From: an uncultured Candidatus Binatia bacterium
GTDB taxonomy: Bacteria > Desulfobacterota > Binatia > UBA9968 > JAJDTQ01
Assembly (NCBI GenBank): GCA_964291295.2
Contig: OZ219754.1
Span: 1-64,000, forward strand
Length of the DNA stretch: 64,000 bases
Direction: 5' to 3'
Below the pieces are notes generated by a model that was given only the letters and a program-made list of their open reading frames with translations, searched no databases and was not told the DNA's origin. Shown piece by piece: positions 1 through 10,320 of this stretch. A program made the translations under genes and the position numbers. Every line of letters begins with the position of its first letter. Within the stretch, counting starts at the first letter, position 1.

Positions 1-3000
1 TCAGTCACCGCATCGTTGTCGTAGTCACCGTCAGACGGCGCGCTGGCGCCCGTCGCCGAGGAACCGCCGTAGCTGACATCAAAGGTCACCGACCGGCCAA
101 AGGCCGCAGGAGTCGTGATCGTCACCTCGGCATTGCCCGCCCCCTCGCCCACCGTCAGCGCGGTCGGCGTCGAAACCTCGGTCATCTGGATGGGCGTGGC
201 CGAAACCTCGCTGGAGGCGCCGCTGGCGCCGCCATTATTGATGGCGCGAATCTGGAAGAAATACTGTGTGTCGTTGGTCAGGCCGGTCACGTCATGGCTT
301 GTGGTGGTGTCCCTGGATCCCCGGATTTCGGTCCAGCCACCGTAGCCGCCGGATGGGCCTTCCTTCTGCCGGTACTGCCAGCCCGTGATGCTGTTGTCTT
401 CGGGATCGTTCCAACTCAGGGTGACCCGGGCATCGCCGGCGGTGGCCGTGACGCCGGTGGGTACAGCGGGTACGGCGACCGGCTTGGCGGTCACCTCGAC
501 GGAGGCCTCGCCGGCGCCGGAAGGATTGATGGCCCGAATCCGGAAGAAATACGCTTTGGAGTTGGTCAGGCCCGTCACGGTATGACTGGTAGTGTCGGCA
601 TCGGAGTTGGCGATGGGGATCCAGTTGCCATAAGTACCGCTGATGCCCTCCTTCTGCTGGTACTCCCAGCCGGTAATGCTGCCCCAGCCGCTGATGCTGC
701 CAGCCTCGGGATCGCTCCAGTTCAGGGTGACTTCGGTATCGCCGCTATCGGCAGTGACGAGGGCGCGGTGGGGCACGGGGATGGGCGCGACGGAAACCTC
801 GCTGGATTCAGCGCCGTTGCCGGTCAGATTGACGGCCCGAACCTGGAAGAAATACGCCCTGTTGTTGGTGAGGCCGGTCACCGTGTGGGTTGTAGTGCCG
901 GCATCGGAATTGGCCATGGGAATCCAATCACCGAAGGCGCCATTGAGTCCGGTCTTCTGCCGATACTCCCAGCCGGTGATGCTGTCGTCTCCGGGATCGG
1001 TCCAGGTGAGAATGACCCGGGCATCTCCGGGGGCGGCGGTCACGGTGGGCGCGGCCGGGGCGGGTGGGGGTGTGGTGGCTGTTACTGCAACCTGACCGAC
1101 ACCGGGCGCCAGCAGATTCGGTATCAGAGGCGAGTCGTACCGAAATGCGTGATTGATGACAGCCTTGCCTTCGGCCGCCGCGGTAATGGTGACTTCTTGC
1201 GGAACATTGTAGTTGTCCGCATTGAAGCGCAATAGCGCCGGGCTGACCCGTACCGCGCCCGGATTATCGCTTGCAATCAGGACTTCGCCCTTCCGGTCGC
1301 TGGAAAGAGTCACAGCATAGGTTTCGACCCCGCCCGGCGCCGTTATCGCAATCGTGTCCTTGCTGAGTTTCAGCAATGGCTTCTGTTTATTCCTGAAAAC
1401 TGCTGTCAGAGCATTCGACCACGCGCCATTCAAAACCGTGCTGCCATAAGAACCTTCCGCCCGAATTCCTCCAACCTCGATCAATGCGCCATCAGGAATT
1501 CCGGTCAGCAATAACGGAAAACTGAAGCTACGGTCATTGACCGTGCAGGAGGGAGGGATGCAAGACACACCTGTATAGCGTTGCGGCTGTCCTGTAGAAC
1601 CTTCCGCTCCCTTGATCCGGTAAATCACCCGCCACCTCACGAAACCGGTCGCGCCACGGACCAGCTCGCCGGCGCTGGCGCCGGCATGGCTCCAGGCAAG
1701 CGTGATTGATGAAGGGGAAGAAACGGTCGCCGAGGTCAAAATTGGCGCCGAGGCTACCGCACGAGGGGTTTGACTCGCTCCACGCGAAGGATTACTGTTT
1801 CCGTTGTCGTTGACCGCGCGAATTCTGAAGCCGTACAGGGTACCGTTATTCAGTCCCGAAATCGTATGTGTGGTCGTGCTTGCTGTCGAACCCGCGATAA
1901 CCTTCCAGGAGCCGTCCGCTACCCAACTCACCCGGCCCCCTGCCGATATACTCCGAAGCTGCTGATATTCCCAGCGCGTGATACTGGCGTCGCCCGGATT
2001 GTCCCAGTGCAGGCGTATCTGGCGATTGCCCACTACCGCCTCAAGGCCCGTTGGCGCGGCAGGCACCGCCAGCATTGTCACTTGCACTGCGCCCGCTTTG
2101 GGAACAGAGCCGACTCTGCCGAGGAATGAGTGATTGACCGTCGCTGTGCCGCCGGCCAGTCCGGTCACGGTGACCTGCTGCGGAACGTCATGGTCGTCCG
2201 CAGTGAAGGACAAGCTTGGGGGACTTACCGACAGCTTGGGCGTATCGCTCGTGATGCGCAAATCGCCCTCAAAGGCCCGGCTCAGCGCTACCGTGTAAGT
2301 CGCGATTCCGCCGGGCGCCCTTATCGTGATGGCAGGCTTGCTGATTTCCAAAAGCGATACGGCGTTGTTCCTGAAAACCACCGTGCGAACATTCGACCAC
2401 GGACCGGCAACCACAACGCCATCGCTGGCAAAGCCGGTCGCCCGAATGCGAACCTCGAACAGTGTGCCGTCGGGGACACCATCCAGACCCACCGAAACGG
2501 TTCGGGCTGCGGCCCTGCAGTTCGCGTCGCAATCAGCGCCGAACCCCCCGGCCGAATCGGAAAACCAATCCGTAACGGCACCGCCTTTCGGTCTCCAGCC
2601 TGTCTCCCATGATGCGAAGCGGGTTGCGCCACGGATAAAATCACCGGCGCGGGCGCCCGCGTGAGTCCAGTTCAGCTTGAGGCGCCCGTCGGGCGATGTG
2701 GCATGGATCAGGACCGGCGCCAACGGTGCGGACGATTCCGGCGTCGCTGTTGCGGTTGTTGAGGCAATGCCGCTGCCGTTGCTGTTTACCGCCCGGACCT
2801 TGAAGGTGTATTCAGTGCCGTTATTCAGGCTGGAAACCGTGTATGTCGTCGTGCTCGCCGTCGAACGCGGAATCGTCGTCCAGGAGCCGACCTGACCCGC
2901 GTCATCTTCCTGCTGATACTGCCATCCGGTAATGCTGGCATCGTACGGGTTGTCCCAATTCAAGGTCACCTGCCGATCGCCCGCTGTCGCCTCAAGGTTC

Positions 3001-5048
3001 GTTGGCTGGGCAGGCGCCGCCTGCGTGGTTACCTGCACCGTGCCTGCTTCGGGAGCAAAGTCGGCCGAGTGACGGATGGTCGCTGTGCCGCCAGCCAATC
3101 CGGTCACAGTGACCGTTTGCGGGTCGCTATAGTTGTCCGGAGTGAAATACAGACTCAAGGGGCTTACCCCCACCTTGCTGCTATCGCTCCTGAGGTTGAA
3201 GGTGACCCTCCCAACCGATTGGTTCAGCGCTACCGTGTAGGTCGCGGTTTCACCGGGCGCCGGTATGGTAATGGAAGTCTTGCTGAGTTTCAGCAGCGGC
3301 AGGGCGGCGTTCCTGTAAACCACTGTTTGAATGTTCGACCACGAACCTCCAACAAGAGTGCCGTCACTTTTTGAACCAATCGCCCGAATTCGGGTCTCGA
3401 GCAATACGCCGTTGACAATACGAGTAAAGCCCAGAGCCAACACACGGGTATCCACCGTGCATGAGCGGCAATTATGGGGTTTCCAGCTGGTTTCGCCCTT
3501 CGCCCTGTAATGCAACTGCCAGGTAATGAACCGGGTTGCATCCCGGATGAGATCGCCGGCACGGGTACCGGCGTGGCTCCAGACCAGAGAGATTTCCCTG
3601 TCGGCGGTTGCGGTAACCGAGTTCAGGACCGGCGCCGGCCGGGACGCGGCAGGGGTGGTGGCCGAGACCTCGTTGGAAGACGCGCCTTCACCAAATGAGC
3701 TGACCGCGCGGAGCTTGAAGAAATACTGCGTGTTGTCTGCGAGGCCGGTCCTGGTCCAAGTCCTGGTGGTGAGATTCGAGCCGGGGATCGGTGTCCAGTC
3801 GCCGTAGCTGCCGCTGGCGCCGACTTTCATTTGGTACTCCCAGCGCAGGATGCTGGCTTCGCCGTCGTTTGTCGGGTTGGTCGGATTTGTGCCCGACCAA
3901 CGCAGGATGACTTGCCCTTCTCCGGCTGTTGCGGTCAATACAGATGCTGCCGGAGGCGGCAGCCAGTAGGTCAAAACCTCGTTGGATGGCATCCCGTCGC
4001 CCGCCGGGGAAACAGCTCTGATCCTGTAGAGAATCGCTATGCCCTGAATAACCGGAAATAATTGACTCCTCTTCGTGGGATCAGCGGAAAAGGGCCTCCA
4101 AGCAATCCAGTCCCCGTTGCCGATCTTTCGCTGAAATTGCCAGCGTGTGATGCTGTTGTCCGGCGGAATCGTCCAACTCAGCTCGAAGTTCCTGGTAGGA
4201 ACAGGAATCCCGTTTACAAGTACGGGAGCGATAAGTTGGTTGGTGCTTCTTGCCGACAGTACGGGCGCAGCCGGAACCGCAGCGGGGGTGGCCGAGACCT
4301 CGCTGGATGCCGCACCCGCGCCAAACGGGCTGGCGGCGCGGACCTGGAAGAAATACTTCGTGCCGTTGGTCAGACCGGTTACAGTGTGGGTTGTGGTGGC
4401 GGCGTCGGAGTTCGGAATTCTGCTCCAGTTGCCATAGCTGCCGCCATCGGTCTTCTGCTGATACTCCCAGTGGGTGATGCTGTCATTTCTCGCATCGGGC
4501 CAGGCAAGGATGACCTGTTCACGGCCAGCGGACGCGGTCACGGCGGGCGCGTAGGGAGTGGCCGTTGGAGTCGCCGAGACTTCACTGGAGGCGGGGCCGC
4601 CGCCGTCCGCATTGGTGGCGCGGACCCGGAAGAAATACTCGGTGCCGTTCAACAGGCCGTTCGTGGTCCAGGTTCTGGTGATAGCGCCCGCATGATGCAT
4701 CGGCGCCCATGCGCTGTAACTGCCGCCGGAGCCAACCTTCACCTGATACTCCCAGCCGGTGATGCCCGTGGCAGTCGGAATGCTCCAGACGAGGGTGACC
4801 TGGGCATGACCTCCCGTGGCGGTGACGGTGGGCTTTACACTGGGTGGGGCAGAAGGGGGCGTCGGAGTGGGAGTCGGCGTCTGCGCCGTCGCGACCTCCA
4901 GAGTCAACAGAAGGAGGGCGAGAAGTACCCCGCTCAGGCAGTAGGCGGTTCTCCTGAAGGCGCCCACCGGTTCAGCCTCGCGTCCGGATTTCCGAGAGGA
5001 GGAAAAGGAATGGGGGGGGGGGGGGGGGGGTTGCGAAAGTGTCAACAC
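1..5048 (-). CDS. Giant secreted fibronectin type III repeat protein (putative adhesin), about 12 FN3 domains plus 3 Ig-like domains and the start of a Calx-beta-like domain; 3' end runs off the window
   Basis: Manual translation of the minus frame gives no stop from GTG 5048 (AAGGAAG RBS at 5054-5060) to position 3. It shows a signal peptide (RRTAYCLSGVLLALLLLTLEVATA|QTPTP) and repeated FN3 motifs (VTLxWxxPxDxSITGWEY...GLxNGTxYxFRVRAVN). The ORF track omits it, presumably because it has no stop in the window. Confidence 0.9.
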   Translation of the reverse strand, partial: MLTLSQPPPPPPHSFSSSRKSGREAEPVGAFRRTAYCLSGVLLALLLLTLEVATAQTPTPTPTPPSAPPSVKPTVTATGGHAQVTLVWSIPTATGITGWEYQVKVGSGGSYSAWAPMHHAGAITRTWTTNGLLNGTEYFFRVRATNADGGGPASSEVSATPTATPYAPAVTASAGREQVILAWPDARNDSITHWEYQQKTDGGSYGNWSRIPNSDAATTTHTVTGLTNGTKYFFQVRAASPFGAGAASSEVSATPAAVPAAPVLSARSTNQLIAPVLVNGIPVPTRNFELSWTIPPDNSITRWQFQRKIGNGDWIAWRPFSADPTKRSQLFPVIQGIAILYRIRAVSPAGDGMPSNEVLTYWLPPPAASVLTATAGEGQVILRWSGTNPTNPTNDGEASILRWEYQMKVGASGSYGDWTPIPGSNLTTRTWTRTGLADNTQYFFKLRAVSSFGEGASSNEVSATTPAASRPAPVLNSVTATADREISLVWSHAGTRAGDLIRDATRFITWQLHYRAKGETSWKPHNCRSCTVDTRVLALGFTRIVNGVLLETRIRAIGSKSDGTLVGGSWSNIQTVVYRNAALPLLKLSKTSITIPAPGETATYTVALNQSVGRVTFNLRSDSSKVGVSPLSLYFTPDNYSDPQTVTVTGLAGGTATIRHSADFAPEAGTVQVTTQAAPAQPTNLEATAGDRQVTLNWDNPYDASITGWQYQQEDDAGQVGSWTTIPRSTASTTTYTVSSLNNGTEYTFKVRAVNSNGSGIASTTATATPESSAPLAPVLIHATSPDGRLKLNWTHAGARAGDFIRGATRFASWETGWRPKGGAVTDWFSDSAGGFGADCDANCRAAARTVSVGLDGVPDGTLFEVRIRATGFASDGVVVAGPWSNVRTVVFRNNAVSLLEISKPAITIRAPGGIATYTVALSRAFEGDLRITSDTPKLSVSPPSLSFTADDHDVPQQVTVTGLAGGTATVNHSFLGRVGSVPKAGAVQVTMLAVPAAPTGLEAVVGNRQIRLHWDNPGDASITRWEYQQLRSISAGGRVSWVADGSWKVIAGSTASTTTHTISGLNNGTLYGFRIRAVNDNGNSNPSRGASQTPRAVASAPILTSATVSSPSSITLAWSHAGASAGELVRGATGFVRWRVIYRIKGAEGSTGQPQRYTGVSCIPPSCTVNDRSFSFPLLLTGIPDGALIEVGGIRAEGSYGSTVLNGAWSNALTAVFRNKQKPLLKLSKDTIAITAPGGVETYAVTLSSDRKGEVLIASDNPGAVRVSPALLRFNADNYNVPQEVTITAAAEGKAVINHAFRYDSPLIPNLLAPGVGQVAVTATTPPPAPAAPTVTAAPGDARVILTWTDPGDDSITGWEYRQKTGLNGAFGDWIPMANSDAGTTTHTVTGLTNNRAYFFQVRAVNLTGNGAESSEVSVAPIPVPHRALVTADSGDTEVTLNWSDPEAGSISGWGSITGWEYQQKEGISGTYGNWIPIANSDADTTSHTVTGLTNSKAYFFRIRAINPSGAGEASVEVTAKPVAVPAVPTGVTATAGDARVTLSWNDPEDNSITGWQYRQKEGPSGGYGGWTEIRGSRDTTTSHDVTGLTNDTQYFFQIRAINNGGASGASSEVSATPIQMTEVSTPTALTVGEGAGNAEVTITTPAAFGRSVTFDVSYGGSSATGASAPSDGDYDNDAVT
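5012..5030. repeat. G19 homopolymer (C19 on the coding strand) in the first codons of the FN3 gene
   Basis: 19 consecutive G; reads ...LSQ-PPPPPP-H... in frame with the GTG/TTG start. Confidence 0.9.
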
Positions 5049-5225
5049 CGGTTCTTCCTTGCAGCGGCGACAGATCGACTGTCACCCTTCTTTATTGTCT
5101 CGTCCCTCCGAAGGATCCGGTTGGCGCCCGACCGAAGCAGACAACCTCCCTTGCTTGCAGGCAAGGGAGAAGCGTATTCAACAAGAGAGCAAAGGCAGCG
5201 GCAATGCCTGCTCTGGCCCTGTGTT

Positions 5226-5251
5226 TGTGGCAAGTACATGTGGCAACTACA
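5226..5251. promoter_or_regulatory. 13-bp tandem direct repeat TGTGGCAA(G/C)TACA x2, candidate regulator site
   Basis: tgtggcaagtaca tgtggcaactaca in the divergent FN3/DUF2628 intergenic region. Confidence 0.35.
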
Positions 5252-5353
5252 GACAACTTATTCTGCCACGAAAAGGAATACCTGGACAAGCCGCAGCGCT
5301 TTCGAAGCGGGAGCCCGCGTGCGCGGCGGGTTCAGGCAGGAGGGTTCTTTCCC

Positions 5354-5722
5354 ATGAAGCAGTTCTCCGTTTTCCAACATCCCATTCGGGGCTACGAAGC
5401 CGTAAAGAACGGCTGGAGTTGGCCTGCCTTCTTTTTCACCTGGATCTGGGCGTTCGTGAAAAGACTCTGGCTGGTCGGGGTGATGGTGTTGTTGCCTGGT
5501 TTCTTCTTGTCCATGCCGCCGGAGCCTCAACTCTGGGGCATGCTGATCATCAGCATCGTGCTGGGCGCAATCGGGAACAGACTGCGGGTCAGACGACTGC
5601 GCAATGCCGGTTACGAACAGGTGGCAACCGTGGCGGCAGGGAAGCCCGACGCGGCGCTGGCCGTGCATCTCGCCGCTCACGGGAACCAGGGTCCGCTCCC
5701 GCCGGAAGGCTTCGTGAGATAG
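5354..5722 (+). CDS. DUF2628-like small membrane protein
   Basis: MKQFSVFQHP..GYEAVKNGWSWPAFFFTWIWAFVKRLW, two hydrophobic segments, C-terminal GN..R...L...GY...A.V.A pattern. Confidence 0.75.
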   Translation: MKQFSVFQHPIRGYEAVKNGWSWPAFFFTWIWAFVKRLWLVGVMVLLPGFFLSMPPEPQLWGMLIISIVLGAIGNRLRVRRLRNAGYEQVATVAAGKPDAALAVHLAAHGNQGPLPPEGFVR

Positions 5723-5780
5723 TTCGCGCCGGTGCGAAACCGTTCGGCGGTGCTCCCCACCACCGCCGAACCGCGGCCGC

Positions 5781-7085
5781 TCACTGGATCATCGTGTTCG
5801 GCAGAAACAGCGCGATCTCCGGGAACGCCACCAGGATGGCCAGGCAGACGGCCATGGCGATCCAGAACGGCAGGATGCCGGCGAAAATCCGGCTCATGGG
5901 CACGTCCGCGGCGATGCCCTTGACCACGAAGACGTTGACGCCCACCGGCGGGCTGATGAGGCCCATCTCCAGCACGATGACCATGACCACGCCGAACCAG
6001 ATGGGGTCGTATCCCAGGGTGATGATGATGGGATGTACGATGGGAAGGGTGAGCACCAGCATGGCGAACCCCTCCAGCATCATGCCCAGCACGATATAGG
6101 CGGCCAGCAGGATGGCAAGCACGGCCAGCCGGGGCAGTTCCATGCCCACCAGCAACTCGGCGAGGTCGGTGGGGATGTGTGTCAACGCCAGGAACGGGTT
6201 GAAGATGTGGGCGCCCACCAGGATGAGGAAGACCAGGGCGGTGGTGCGGACGCTCTCCAGCGTCATGGACGACAGCGACGACACCGACAGGCGGCCCCGC
6301 ACCAGCGCCAGCAGCATCGCCAGGAAGGCGCCCACCCCGGCGGCCTCGGTAGGGGTGAAGAGGCCCGCATAGATGCCGCCGATGGTCAGCGTGACCACGC
6401 CGATCATGGCGCTGGCCTGCCGAAAGGCCCGGATGCGGTCCCGGATGGTGGAGACCGGTCCCGGCGGCCCCAGTTCCGGGTTGATGCGGGTCTGGATGAA
6501 GATGGACAGGATGAACAGCGCGGTCAGCAGCAGCCCGGGAAAGACTCCGGCCAGAAACAGCCGTCCGATGGATTCCTCGGTGAGGATGGCATAGATCACG
6601 AAGCCGGTGCTGGGCGGGATGAGGATGCCCAGGGTGCCGCCGGCGGCGATGGCGCCGGTGGCCAGCCGCGGATCGTAGCGGTAGGCGCGCATCTCCGGCA
6701 GCGACACCTTGCCCATGGTGACGGCCGCCGCCACCGACGAGCCGGAGAGTGCCGCGAAGCCGGCGCAGGCGGCAATGGTGGCGGAGGCCAGCCCGCCGCG
6801 CCAGTGACCGAACCAGGCGTAGGCCGCGGCGTAGAGGTCGCGGCTCATGCCGGAAACCGTGGCGAAGTTCCCCATGAGCACGAACAGCGGGATGACGATG
6901 AGTTCGTAGTTGGTGGCGATGACGAACGGTTCGCTGCCGAGCACGGCCAAGGCCGGCCCCCAACCGTTGAGGACCCCGAATCCCAGCACTCCCATGAGCA
7001 TCATGGCGATGCCCACGGGCATCCTGAGCGCCAGGAGCACGAACAGCCCCGCCAGGCCCACAAGACCCGTGGTGGTGGGACTCAT
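5781..7085 (-). CDS. dctM: TRAP transporter large permease
   Basis: ALSGSS, GGTLGILIPPS, SIGRLFLAG, TPTEAA and PPVG motifs; highly hydrophobic. Confidence 0.93.
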   Translation of the reverse strand: MSPTTTGLVGLAGLFVLLALRMPVGIAMMLMGVLGFGVLNGWGPALAVLGSEPFVIATNYELIVIPLFVLMGNFATVSGMSRDLYAAAYAWFGHWRGGLASATIAACAGFAALSGSSVAAAVTMGKVSLPEMRAYRYDPRLATGAIAAGGTLGILIPPSTGFVIYAILTEESIGRLFLAGVFPGLLLTALFILSIFIQTRINPELGPPGPVSTIRDRIRAFRQASAMIGVVTLTIGGIYAGLFTPTEAAGVGAFLAMLLALVRGRLSVSSLSSMTLESVRTTALVFLILVGAHIFNPFLALTHIPTDLAELLVGMELPRLAVLAILLAAYIVLGMMLEGFAMLVLTLPIVHPIIITLGYDPIWFGVVMVIVLEMGLISPPVGVNVFVVKGIAADVPMSRIFAGILPFWIAMAVCLAILVAFPEIALFLPNTMIQ

Positions 7086-7609
7086 TCAGCCTTCTCTCGG
7101 GGAACTCGCGGCTCCTGGAGAAGGCCCGCGGCCGCCTGGAGCAGCAGCACCAGGGCAAACAGCAGCCAGCCGAAGCTCATGAGGAACATGAACGGATGGT
7201 GGGCGATCTCCACCAGGTTGCTGGCCTCGCCGTATTCGAGGGCGTCGAGGCCCTGGCGCAGGGCCTGCCACGCCACCACGGCGAACAGCACCGCGCCCAG
7301 CAGCCGCATGAGGGTGTCGGTGTAGCGCAGCCGACTCTCCGCCACCACCGCGCTGATGAGATCCACGGCCACGTGGCCGCCGGTCCATCCGCAATAGGGG
7401 ATCCCCAGAAAGACCACCACCGCCAAGCTCAGTTCGGAGATGTCCTGCGCACCGAGAATGGGAGCGTTGAAGACATAGCGCATCACCACCGCCACCACCG
7501 TCAGCAACATGAGCCACAGGAGCGCGGCTCCTCCCGCGAAGGCCAGGGACCGGGTGATCCAGGCGGCGGCCGCGGTCCCCGGCAGCGCGGTGCGCGTCGC
7601 GTCACCCAT
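7082..7609 (-). CDS. dctQ: TRAP transporter small permease
   Basis: V.MRY.FNAPI.G..DISE, GHVAVDL; 4 TM; overlaps the dctM start. Confidence 0.9.
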   Translation of the reverse strand: MGDATRTALPGTAAAAWITRSLAFAGGAALLWLMLLTVVAVVMRYVFNAPILGAQDISELSLAVVVFLGIPYCGWTGGHVAVDLISAVVAESRLRYTDTLMRLLGAVLFAVVAWQALRQGLDALEYGEASNLVEIAHHPFMFLMSFGWLLFALVLLLQAAAGLLQEPRVPREKAE

Positions 7610-7640
7610 GGGCGCGTGAAGTCGGGGTGGGCAGGGTGCC

Positions 7641-8654
7641 CTATCCGCCCATGGCGGCGAGGATATTCCCGGCGTCGATGCCCTTGTCGGAGAGAGCCTT
7701 GACGGTACTGGCCCGGACCCCGCTCAGCGCCTTGCGGAAACGCTTGTCCTCGGCGTCCGAGAGCGTGATCACCTCGCCCCGGCCGCTTTCCTTCTCGCCC
7801 GCCAGGGAGCCGGCCCCCGCCTTCTTGTAGATGGCGGCGGCCTTGAGGCTCAGAACCTCGCCCGAGGTCTCGTCGACGATCTTCCTGTGCTCCGCCGAGA
7901 GACCCTCATACGCTTTCCTGTTCATGACCAGGAAGAAGGCCGTGTTGGCGAAGGGGCCGACCGTATAGTACCTGGCCACCTCACCGATCTTGAAGCTCCG
8001 GATGACGCTCGGCGCCACCATGAGGCCGTCCACCACCCCGGTCTTGAGGGCGTTGTACATGCGCGTCACCGGCATGGAGACGGGCGTGGCTCCCAGCGCG
8101 CTGATGATGTCGCCCTGGAGCTTCGACGGGGTGCGTATCTTCATGCCCTTGACATCGTCCAGGGTCCGCACCGCCTTGTTCCGGGTCATGATGACGGCCT
8201 TGTCGTTGGTCCACAGCGCCAGCACCCGGGTCCTGGAGTACTCCCCCCGAATGGCGCCGATGGCCTTCCACATCATCCGGGTGGCGTCCACCGCGTCGGC
8301 GGCAAGTCCCGGCAACTCCACCAGCAGCGTCCTCGGGAACTGCGAGGACGTGTATCCCTGCAGACCGAAGGTGATGTCCGCGATGCCGTCCGCCGCCCGC
8401 TTGTACTGGGCTTGCGGCCCCTTGCCCAGTTCGCCGCCGGGATAAACCCGCACCGTCAGCGAGCCGTTGCTGCGCTGCGCCACCTCCTCGCCCCACGGCC
8501 GCATCATCAGCCGATCCATGGGATGCCTGGGGGAGGTGAAATGGGCGAGCTTGAGTTCCACCGCCTGCGCCGGCGAGAGCGCCGCCGCGAGCAGGCCGCA
8601 CACCGCCGATACCGTCGCCATTCTCCGCAAACCGGTCATGAGCGTCAGGAACAT
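7641..8654 (-). CDS. dctP: TRAP transporter substrate-binding protein
   Basis: Signal peptide, LKLAHF, VYPGGELG, GMKIRTP, ALGATPV, YNALKTGVVDG; ATG 8654 with GGAGA RBS. Confidence 0.9.
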   Translation of the reverse strand: MFLTLMTGLRRMATVSAVCGLLAAALSPAQAVELKLAHFTSPRHPMDRLMMRPWGEEVAQRSNGSLTVRVYPGGELGKGPQAQYKRAADGIADITFGLQGYTSSQFPRTLLVELPGLAADAVDATRMMWKAIGAIRGEYSRTRVLALWTNDKAVIMTRNKAVRTLDDVKGMKIRTPSKLQGDIISALGATPVSMPVTRMYNALKTGVVDGLMVAPSVIRSFKIGEVARYYTVGPFANTAFFLVMNRKAYEGLSAEHRKIVDETSGEVLSLKAAAIYKKAGAGSLAGEKESGRGEVITLSDAEDKRFRKALSGVRASTVKALSDKGIDAGNILAAMGG

Positions 8655-8868
8655 GGTCCGTTCTCCTTCCGAAATGTTCAAGGTCGCAGCGGCACGCAGA
8701 CTAGCGGAAGAATCGAAGCAGTGTCAACCGCGCGCCAGCGCCGCCCGCCGGGCGTTTCCGAGTCCCGTCGAGATTCTGTTCCGGCACCGTGACGGCTATA
8801 AACAGGGGACGGCCCGTGCATTGAATCGCGACACGGACTCTCCGCCGCGTCAACCGGGAAGGAACCCC

Positions 8869-10287
8869 ATGCAGAAGATCATCGACTCGCTGGCGGTGTA
8901 CTGTGAGCGGCGCATGGCCCGCATCATGCTCCTCGGCATCATCAGCGGGTTCCCCTGGGTGCTCATCGGCAGCAGCCTCAATCTGTGGCTCAAGGAAGAC
9001 GGTCTCAGCCGCACCACCATCGGCTTTGCCGGCCTGATCTTCGGAGTCTACGCCTTCAACTTCCTCTGGGCGCCGCTCATCGACCGCATCCGGATCCCCT
9101 GGCTCACGGGCCGGCTCGGGCACCGGCGCGCCTGGATCGTCACGCTCCAGGTCGTGATCGTGTCCTGCCTCGTGCTCTGGAGCCAGGTCGATCCCACGGC
9201 CAACCTGGCCGCGGTGGTGGGCATCGGCCTCGCCATCGCCATCGCGTCCGCCACGCAGGACATTGCCGTGGATGCGCTGCGGATCGAGCAGGTGGGCACT
9301 TCGGAGGGAGGGGCCATGGCCGCGGGCGCGGCCGTCGCCGTGGTGGGCTGGTGGACCGGCTACAAGGTGGGCGGCATCGTCGCGCTGGAGAGCGCCGCCG
9401 CCTTTCAGAACGCCGGGGTGGAAGACTACTGGCAGGCCACCTTCCTCGTTCTCGGGGCACTGGTGGTCCTCACCAACGTCGGCCTGTTGTTCGTGCACGA
9501 GCAGGGGACCGCCCAACGCATCGCTTCACAAGCCGCGGAAGAGGAGCGCATCGCCGCCGGACTTGGTGTCTCGGGTCGCGCCGGCCGCCTGGCCGCGTGG
9601 CTCGGAAGCACCGTGGCAAGCCCCCTGGTGAGCTTCTTCCGGCGCAACGGCTTCGCCATCGCCCTGACCGTGCTGGGGTTCATCTTCCTGTTCAAGATCG
9701 GCGAGGCCTTCATGGGCCGCATGTCCCTTCTCTTCTACCGGGAGATCGGCTTCTCGAAGTCCGACATCGCCATTTACTCCAAGGCGCTGGGCTGGATCAC
9801 GACCGTCGCCTTCACCGTTCTGGGCGGGTTCTTCGCCATCCGCATGGGCCTCATATGGGCCATGTTCCTGTCCGGCATCGCCATGGCCGCCACCAATCTC
9901 CTGTTCGCCCTGCTGTCATGGGTCGGCAAGTCCGAACTCCTGTTCGCCGCCGCGGTGGTGCTGGACGACCTCACCAGCGCCTTCGCCACCGTCACCTTCG
10001 TCGCCTTCATCTCCATGCTGGTGGACCGCACCTACACCGCCACCCAGTACGCCCTGCTGGCATCCATCGGCACCGCCGGACGCACCCTCCTGGCCGCCTC
10101 TTCCGGTGCCCTGGTGGATTGGCTGGAGGGCGACTGGGCCACCTTCTTCATCCTCACCACCTTGATGGTGATCCCGTCCCTGATCTGCCTGTGGGCCATC
10201 CGCGGCAAGCTGCGCGACCTGCTCGCCGGGGCGGAGGTGCGGCTGTCGGGTGGGCGCTCGGAAGAGAAGGCGGCAGAACCGGGCTGA
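8869..10287 (+). CDS. ampG: AmpG-family muropeptide MFS permease
   Basis: LLGIISGFP, NFLWAPLIDR, GHRRAW, SATQDIAVDALRIE, ATQYALL motifs. Confidence 0.88.
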   Translation: MQKIIDSLAVYCERRMARIMLLGIISGFPWVLIGSSLNLWLKEDGLSRTTIGFAGLIFGVYAFNFLWAPLIDRIRIPWLTGRLGHRRAWIVTLQVVIVSCLVLWSQVDPTANLAAVVGIGLAIAIASATQDIAVDALRIEQVGTSEGGAMAAGAAVAVVGWWTGYKVGGIVALESAAAFQNAGVEDYWQATFLVLGALVVLTNVGLLFVHEQGTAQRIASQAAEEERIAAGLGVSGRAGRLAAWLGSTVASPLVSFFRRNGFAIALTVLGFIFLFKIGEAFMGRMSLLFYREIGFSKSDIAIYSKALGWITTVAFTVLGGFFAIRMGLIWAMFLSGIAMAATNLLFALLSWVGKSELLFAAAVVLDDLTSAFATVTFVAFISMLVDRTYTATQYALLASIGTAGRTLLAASSGALVDWLEGDWATFFILTTLMVIPSLICLWAIRGKLRDLLAGAEVRLSGGRSEEKAAEPG

Positions 10288-10320
10288 GGCGCTTCGTTCG
10301 TTCGAGGATCGGAGAAACGC

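Noticed and set aside
115-5357. Plus-strand ORFs over the first 5 kb (e.g. 294-1235, 4062-5357)
   Set aside because: Antisense shadows of the minus-strand FN3 gene.
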